Shown here piece by piece: positions 45,106-50,630 of a stretch of DNA of 50,630 nucleotides. This DNA comes from Verrucomicrobiaceae bacterium (GTDB taxonomy: Bacteria > Verrucomicrobiota > Verrucomicrobiia > Verrucomicrobiales > Akkermansiaceae), in contig JBPOGH010000023.1 in NCBI GenBank assembly GCA_051252135.1, positions 1 through 50,630 of the forward strand, read 5' to 3'. The position numbers were made by a program, and so were the translations under genes. The notes under the pieces were generated by a model. The model was given only the letters and a program-made list of their open reading frames with translations. It did no database searches and was not told the DNA's origin. Positions within the stretch are counted from its first letter, which is position 1; every line of letters begins with the position of its first letter.

Positions 45106-48100
45106 ATGAAATTTGCCACCTATATCCGGAGTGTGAACATCGAAAAAATTAGACCGGCACTTCGGTTGTGGGGCACTGCGCTCATGGCATTGAGTGCGGC
45201 GACGGGCGAGACGCTCCCCGATGCGCGGATTTCCGAGTTTGTGGCGAAGAATGACACGGGCTTGGTCGATGAAGACGGGGAGACTTCGGATTGGATCGAG
45301 GTATGGAATACGAGCGGGGTGGCAGGTGATTTCGGGGGCTGGTTTTTGACGGATGATCCGGCGGATTTGCAGAAGTGGTCTTTTCCGGCCGTGGAGGTGG
45401 CGAGCGGTGAACGGTTGGTGGTGTTTGCATCGGGCAAGGACCGGGTGGGGTTGCCGGGTGAGTTGCATACGAATTTTAAGCTGCAGTCGTCGGCCGGAGG
45501 TTACTTGGCCCTGGTGAAGCCGGATGGGGTGACGGTGGCGAATGTGTATACGGATTATCCCACGCAGATTGCGGATACGTCCTATGGGTTTGGTTTATCG
45601 ACGCTTGGTCCCCTGACGCTGGTGGCGGATGGGGCGGCGGCGAAGTGGAAGGTGCCGACAGGGCCGATTGCGGGTTGGAATGAGGAGGGGTTTGATGATT
45701 CGGGTTGGACGATGGCGAACATGGCGATCGGGTATGATACGAATGGCGATTATGAGTTCGGGGCCGGGGGTGATCTGGGGACGGCGATGAGCGGGAATGC
45801 GACGGCGTATGTGCGGGTTCCCTTTATGGTGGATAATCCGGTGGAGGTGACCGACCTGACGCTGCGGATGAAGTGGGAGGACGGGTTTGTGGCCTTTATC
45901 AATGGGGTGGAGGTGCATCGGGAGCGGGCGACGGGGGCAATTGATTGGGATTCGGCGTCCGATGCGGGCGATCGTGATGATGAGGAGGCGGTGGTTTATG
46001 CGGATTATCCGTTGAGTGGGGCGCCGCTGGTAGCGGGCGAGAATGTGTTGGCGATTCAGGGGTTGAACAATGAGGTGGGGAGTTCGGATTTTTTGATCTC
46101 GGCGGAGTTGGTGGGGACGGAAGTGAATTTGGATGCTCCGCAGGTGGGGTTCTTTCCGGAGCCGACACCGGGTGGGGTGAATGGGGCGCGATGGGACGGG
46201 ATTGTGGGAGATACGAAGTTCAGTACGGACCGGGGGATGTATGCGAGCGGGTTTAATCTGGCGATCACGACGAGCACTCCGGGGGCGACGATCCGGTATA
46301 CGACGGATGGGTCTGCGCCGAGTGAGACGGAGGGGACGATTTACACGGGGCCGTTATCGATCGGCGGGACGGTGGTGGTGCGGGCGATGGCGTATCGCGA
46401 TGGTTACCGGTCAACGAATGTGGACACGCATTCGTATCTTTTTCCGGAGGATGTGGTGAGTCAGCCGACGATGCGGACGGCAATCACGGGGCATCCGGTG
46501 TGGGGTCCGCAGATGGTGAATGCGTTGGGGGCGATCCCGACGATCTCGTTGAGCTTTGAGGGGAACGACATTGACCGGACGGAGGTTCCGGTGTCGGTGG
46601 AGTTGTTGAATTTTGAGGATGGGCCGAAGCAGGTGGATGCGGGAGTGGTGCGGTATGGAAGCTATGTGACGAATTTTGCGAAGCGGAGTGTGCGGCTGCA
46701 TTTCCGGTCCCGCTATGGACCGAAGCGTTTGAAGTTTCCGTTGTTCGAGGGGCACGAGTATCCCATTGATCCGGTAGAGGATTTTGATTCGCTGGACCTG
46801 CGGGCGGGGAATCATGACATGGTCACGCGAGGGGCTTATATGTCGAATCGTTTTGCGGATGATTCGCTGCTCGATATGGGGCAGATTGCGCCGCACGGGC
46901 GATTTGTGCATGTGTATTTCAACGGGAACTATCGCGGGCAGTATCATCTGAGGGAGCGTTGGAATGCGGCGATGCTGGCGAGCTACTTTGAGGGTGAAGA
47001 GGAGGAGTATGATACGATCAATGCGAACAATGCGGGGCGTCAGTTTCAGACGGGAGACCTGCAGGATGGGGATTTGAATGACTGGAATCAGATTCAATCC
47101 CTGCTGACGGGACCCCGGCCTTACGATGCGGTGAAGGACAAGCTGGATGTTCCCAATTTGATCGACTTTATGTTGCTTTGGTCGATGGGGACTTCGGAGA
47201 GTGAGTTTCGTGCGGGTGGGTCGGTGGAGAACGGGGTGGGGTTCAAGTTTCAGATTAAGGATGCGGATGGAATGCTGCAGCCGCCGAGTGGGCGGAATCT
47301 TCCACCGGGTGGGTTTTATCCGGCGGATCACAATGGTCCGCTGAGTGCGATGACGAGGTTTCGCCTGGAAGGGGATCCCGATTACAAGACGCTTCTGGCG
47401 GATCGGATTCACGAGCACTTCTTCAATGACGGGGCGCTGACTCCGGAGAAGAACAGTGAGCGTCTGTTAGACCGGATGGATGAGATTCGGGTGGCCTTTA
47501 TTGCGGAGTCCGCCCGGTGGGCATCTCATGATGGGACGACCAACCACACGCCATCGGGTTGGGAGAGTTATAACAACTACTTTATCAATACGGAGTTTCC
47601 GGCACTTGCTGATCAGCGGGTGACGTTGTTGAAAAATGCGGGGATGTATCCGGCGACGATTGCGCCGGTGCTTTCGCAGGATGGCGGTTCGCTCGTGCCG
47701 GGGACGGGGGTGACGATGGGGACGAATGTGGCTACGATTTATTACACCCTGGATGGGAGTGATCCGAGGCTGGAGGGTGGCGCGATCAATCCGGCAGCGG
47801 CGGCGGCGGCCTTTCAGGATCCGTCGGTGCCCCGTGATTTCATTGTGGAGGGTGATGTGTGGAAGTACTTGGATGATGGGAGTGATCAGGGGACGGCGTG
47901 GCGGGATGTGGGATTTGATGATGGAGCGTGGGCTTCGGGACCCTCCGAGTTGGGGTATGGTGACGGGAATGAAGCGCATCAGGTGGGTTATCTGGATTTG
48001 GATCCGGACCGGATCGGGCCCCAGCGGAATGCGACGACTTATTTCCGGCGTGAATTTACGGTGGATGGGCCATCGGGCTTCACGAATTTTTTGTTGGGTC

Positions 48101-49359
48101 TCCGGTATGATGATGGTGCGGCGGTGTATGTGAACGGGGTGGAAGTGGCGCGGACGGCGACGCTTCCGGCGGGGGCGGCCTTTGATACCTATGCGAGTGA
48201 TGGCACGCCGAGTGAGAGTGCGTTTGAGCCGTTTGAAGTGCCGACGTCGCGCTTTGTGGATGGGGTGAATACGATTGCGGTGGAGGTTCACAATGAGTCT
48301 GCGGGGAGTTCGGATATGAGCTTCAGCCTTACGCTGCGCGGAGAGGTTGATCAGAGTCAGGGATCGAACCGGACGGATCCGGTGGTGTTAGCAGAGGCGG
48401 GAACGCTTAAGGCCCGGGCCTACAATACGGGGACGGGTGAATGGAGTGCGCTGACGTCTGCCTTTTTCAGTGTCGATTCGGAGTTGGCGAGTGCGGCGAA
48501 TCTGACGATCTCGGAGATTCATTATCATCCGTCCGAGCCGACATCGGCCGAAGAAGTGGCGGTATCGACGGACCGTGATGAGTTTGAATTTCTTGAGTTG
48601 TTGAACCGGGGAGCGAAGACGATTGATCTGACGGGGGTGTATTTTTCGGAGGGGATTACGTTTGCATTTGGGGATGACACCCTTTTGGGACCGGGGGAGC
48701 GGATGGTGTTGGTGAGCAACGCGGCGGCCTTTGCGGCACGCTATGGGGCGGTAGCGATAGGGGGTGAGTACTCGGGGCATTTGAGTAATGACGGCGAGCA
48801 GATTACGCTTTCGCGGGTGGGTGAAGGGGTGCTCTTTGGGGTGCTCTACAACGATGTGGGTGATTGGCCGAGGTTGGCGGACGGGAAGGGTTTTTCGATG
48901 GTCTTGGCTGATGCGGCAGGCGGAGCACTCTTGAATGTGGCGGGGAACTGGACGGCGAATGCGGTGCCCGGCGGATCACCGGGTGTGGTTGATGAGACGC
49001 AGTCGAGCTACGGATTCTGGAAGCAGGTGCTGGGGATTACCGATGATTTTTCAGATGCCGATGGAGATGGACTGAGTCCCCTGATGGAGTATGCGTTGGG
49101 GAGTTCACCTGTTGTCCCGAGTGTCGGGGTGTCGCCCCGGGTGGGGCTCGTGAATGTGGAAGGCTCCAATTATCTCACCCTGTCGTATGGTGAGAACGGG
49201 CTGGCGAGTGATCTGGTTTACGAGATTCAGCAATCCGGTGATCTGGTGAATTGGCAGGAGGTTGGCTCGATACAGATTTCCCCGACCACTTACCGGATGA
49301 CGACTCCGGTGACCTCGACGACAGCGCAGTATCTGAGACTGCATGTTCGATTCAAATAA
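45106..49359 (+). CDS. Second secreted lamin-tail-domain / Fn3-associated / CotH-kinase-like protein
   Basis: LTD motifs ISEF.A.N...SDWIE and ISEIHYHP...EFLEL. IRYTTDGS.P and IYYTLDGSDPR Fn3-like repeats, two jelly-roll repeats, CotH-like KRS.RL.FR...FVHVYFNG.Y.G.Y.LRER, and C-terminal YEIQQSGDL.NW...YLRL tail. Confidence 0.85.
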   Translation: MKFATYIRSVNIEKIRPALRLWGTALMALSAATGETLPDARISEFVAKNDTGLVDEDGETSDWIEVWNTSGVAGDFGGWFLTDDPADLQKWSFPAVEVASGERLVVFASGKDRVGLPGELHTNFKLQSSAGGYLALVKPDGVTVANVYTDYPTQIADTSYGFGLSTLGPLTLVADGAAAKWKVPTGPIAGWNEEGFDDSGWTMANMAIGYDTNGDYEFGAGGDLGTAMSGNATAYVRVPFMVDNPVEVTDLTLRMKWEDGFVAFINGVEVHRERATGAIDWDSASDAGDRDDEEAVVYADYPLSGAPLVAGENVLAIQGLNNEVGSSDFLISAELVGTEVNLDAPQVGFFPEPTPGGVNGARWDGIVGDTKFSTDRGMYASGFNLAITTSTPGATIRYTTDGSAPSETEGTIYTGPLSIGGTVVVRAMAYRDGYRSTNVDTHSYLFPEDVVSQPTMRTAITGHPVWGPQMVNALGAIPTISLSFEGNDIDRTEVPVSVELLNFEDGPKQVDAGVVRYGSYVTNFAKRSVRLHFRSRYGPKRLKFPLFEGHEYPIDPVEDFDSLDLRAGNHDMVTRGAYMSNRFADDSLLDMGQIAPHGRFVHVYFNGNYRGQYHLRERWNAAMLASYFEGEEEEYDTINANNAGRQFQTGDLQDGDLNDWNQIQSLLTGPRPYDAVKDKLDVPNLIDFMLLWSMGTSESEFRAGGSVENGVGFKFQIKDADGMLQPPSGRNLPPGGFYPADHNGPLSAMTRFRLEGDPDYKTLLADRIHEHFFNDGALTPEKNSERLLDRMDEIRVAFIAESARWASHDGTTNHTPSGWESYNNYFINTEFPALADQRVTLLKNAGMYPATIAPVLSQDGGSLVPGTGVTMGTNVATIYYTLDGSDPRLEGGAINPAAAAAAFQDPSVPRDFIVEGDVWKYLDDGSDQGTAWRDVGFDDGAWASGPSELGYGDGNEAHQVGYLDLDPDRIGPQRNATTYFRREFTVDGPSGFTNFLLGLRYDDGAAVYVNGVEVARTATLPAGAAFDTYASDGTPSESAFEPFEVPTSRFVDGVNTIAVEVHNESAGSSDMSFSLTLRGEVDQSQGSNRTDPVVLAEAGTLKARAYNTGTGEWSALTSAFFSVDSELASAANLTISEIHYHPSEPTSAEEVAVSTDRDEFEFLELLNRGAKTIDLTGVYFSEGITFAFGDDTLLGPGERMVLVSNAAAFAARYGAVAIGGEYSGHLSNDGEQITLSRVGEGVLFGVLYNDVGDWPRLADGKGFSMVLADAAGGALLNVAGNWTANAVPGGSPGVVDETQSSYGFWKQVLGITDDFSDADGDGLSPLMEYALGSSPVVPSVGVSPRVGLVNVEGSNYLTLSYGENGLASDLVYEIQQSGDLVNWQEVGSIQISPTTYRMTTPVTSTTAQYLRLHVRFK

Positions 49360-49534
49360 GGCGAACGTCACGATGTGGTCCGAATCATATTTTGCAGAAG
49401 TTGGGAACTCCGCCGGTTATGGCGATTGGGTGTGTGTCTGCCTTTTTCAGAGTCGAAAGATCGTATTGCAGGATTGTTAGTGTGGTCCGCGCAATTGGCT
49501 TTCGTCTCTGGCTTAAGTGCTCATCATGGAAGTG

Positions 49535-50056
49535 ATGAGCACTTTTTCGGTACGGCCGTATCGGCTTGAGGACGTTGAGGAGATCTTTGAGGCGGCGGAA
49601 GAATCACGGGAGCATGTCGCTCCGTGGATGGATTGGTTGACGCCGGACTACGCGATGGAGGATGCGCGCACGTGGGTGGAGTTTGCGGTGAAGTCGCGGG
49701 AGGATCGAACGGGCTATTTTTTTGTGGTGGTGGACGATGCGGATGGGGCCGTGGTGGGATCGTGCGGGTTGAATTTGATCAACTGGAAGGATCGGTATTG
49801 CAATCTGGGGTATTGGGTTCGGAAGACCTCATTAGGGAAAGGGGCGGCGAGGCAGGCGACGCTGCATTTGCGGGACTTTGGCTTTGGGGAGTTGGGGATG
49901 AACCGGCTGGAGATTGTGGTGGGTGATGGCAACGGGGCGAGCCGGGGAGTGGCGGAGGCGGTGGGCGCGGCGTATGAGGGGCTGTTGAAGAAGAGGATTA
50001 CGATCTGGGGGAAGGGTCACGATGCGCACATGTATGCGTTGGTGAGGGGGGATTGA
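49535..50056 (+). CDS. GNAT N-acetyltransferase, RimJ/RimL type
   Basis: ESREH..PWM.W, NLGYWVR....GKG.A, GF.ELG.NRLEI.....N.AS..VAE..GA..EG. Confidence 0.88.
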   Translation: MSTFSVRPYRLEDVEEIFEAAEESREHVAPWMDWLTPDYAMEDARTWVEFAVKSREDRTGYFFVVVDDADGAVVGSCGLNLINWKDRYCNLGYWVRKTSLGKGAARQATLHLRDFGFGELGMNRLEIVVGDGNGASRGVAEAVGAAYEGLLKKRITIWGKGHDAHMYALVRGD

Positions 50057-50083
50057 GGGATTGGGGACCTGGAGGTTGTTGTT

Positions 50084-50530
50084 TTAGTCCCAGACGTAGC
50101 GTTCGTCGAAATCGATGGCGTATTGTTTGAGGAACTTGCGGAATTCGTCCTGAAAGGTTTGCGTTTGATGGTGTTCTTTTTGTTTGGCGAGATAGTTGGT
50201 GGCGGACGTGAGGTCTTTGTGGCCAAGGCTGAACCAGCCGTAGCCTTGTTGCCATTGGAAGCCGTTGATGCCTTGGTCATTCATCCATTTTGAGGAGCTG
50301 CCTTTTAGGTGTTTCATGAAGTCGGCATCGGCGATGTTTTTGTTCACGCGGATGAGGAGATGGAGGTGGTCGGGCATGCCGTTTGCGGCGAGGAGAGTGG
50401 TGTCGAGGTCGCGTGCAATACCGCCGAGGTAGGCGTGGAGTGGGGATTCGATCTCGCCATGGATTTGGTTCCGGCGGTCTTTGGTGGAGAAGACGATGTG
50501 GGCGTATGCCTGGTGGAGAGATTGTCCCAT
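50084..50530 (-). mobile_element. tnpA: Second IS200/IS605-family Y1 transposase TnpA, no tnpB
   Basis: HIVFSTKDR, DHLHL, KGSSSKW, WQQGYG.FS, YLAKQKEHH and FQDEFRK...FDERYVWD. Confidence 0.88.
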
Positions 50531-50566
50531 TTGCGGAGTGGTAGCAGGTTGGGCGGGGGTTTTCCA

Positions 50567-50624
50567 GTGTCCCTTCAGGACACGGATCTTGGGTGGATGT
50601 GGATCCCAGGGTTGAAACCCTGGG
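50567..50624. repeat. REP-like hairpin cassette upstream of the second tnpA (probably cut by the window end)
   Basis: GTGTCCCTTCAGGACAC (50567-50583) and CCCAGGGTTGAAACCCTGGG (50605-50624). Confidence 0.8.
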
Positions 50625-50630
50625 CTTTGG

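Noticed and set aside
46270..46320. TPGAT as an ApbE flavinylation site
   Set aside because: It is part of the common Fn3-associated T.GATIRYTTDGS motif and lacks the Dxx(S/T)GA(S/T) context.
49360..49534. Repeated TGTGGTCCG in the intergenic region
   Set aside because: Only two 9-bp copies with no structure, which is compatible with chance.
20225..50530. Composite transposon bounded by the two tnpA genes
   Set aside because: The copies are strongly diverged, and the interval contains core genes such as rpsU and moa.

Overview
A GC-rich, gene-dense bacterial segment, most likely Verrucomicrobiota (PVC superphylum). This is inferred from a PEP-CTERM protein, lamin-tail/CotH proteins, a PSD1 cytochrome-c/DUF1501 pair and five Cys-type sulfatases. 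About 33 real CDS cover nearly the whole window. In order: (1) a minus-strand surface-protein cluster (PEP-CTERM, LTD-CotH kinase-like, a triple beta-sandwich/Ig protein, arylsulfatase); (2) gluconate permease and kinase; (3) a PSD1/DUF1501/sulfatase block with an inserted IS200-type tnpA; (4) rpsU; (5) an STN/secretin-N protein with an ECF sigma and small anti-sigma; (6) moaC, a mobA::moaD fusion and moaE, divergent from a TauE/SafE exporter; (7) GH97, apbE, an exported galM and a beta-propeller/cytochrome c protein; (8) a non-canonical HTH-Fic with a candidate operator array; (9) a PMI-like cupin, FAD monooxygenase, metallophosphatase, AraC regulator, a second LTD-CotH protein, a GNAT and a second tnpA. 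No rRNA, tRNA, CRISPR array, reverse transcriptase or integrase was recognised. The most notable unexplained structure is: a dispersed 13-mer/7-mer repeat family that has entered coding sequence in frame; REP-like hairpin cassettes upstream of both tnpB-less tnpA genes; a shared C-terminal tail on three large exported proteins; a recurring unassigned beta-sandwich domain; and very strong +strand G/T bias that relaxes at about 14.4-22.6 kb. All family calls come from motif recognition by eye, not database searches. Several start codons were moved downstream of the ORF-track starts.
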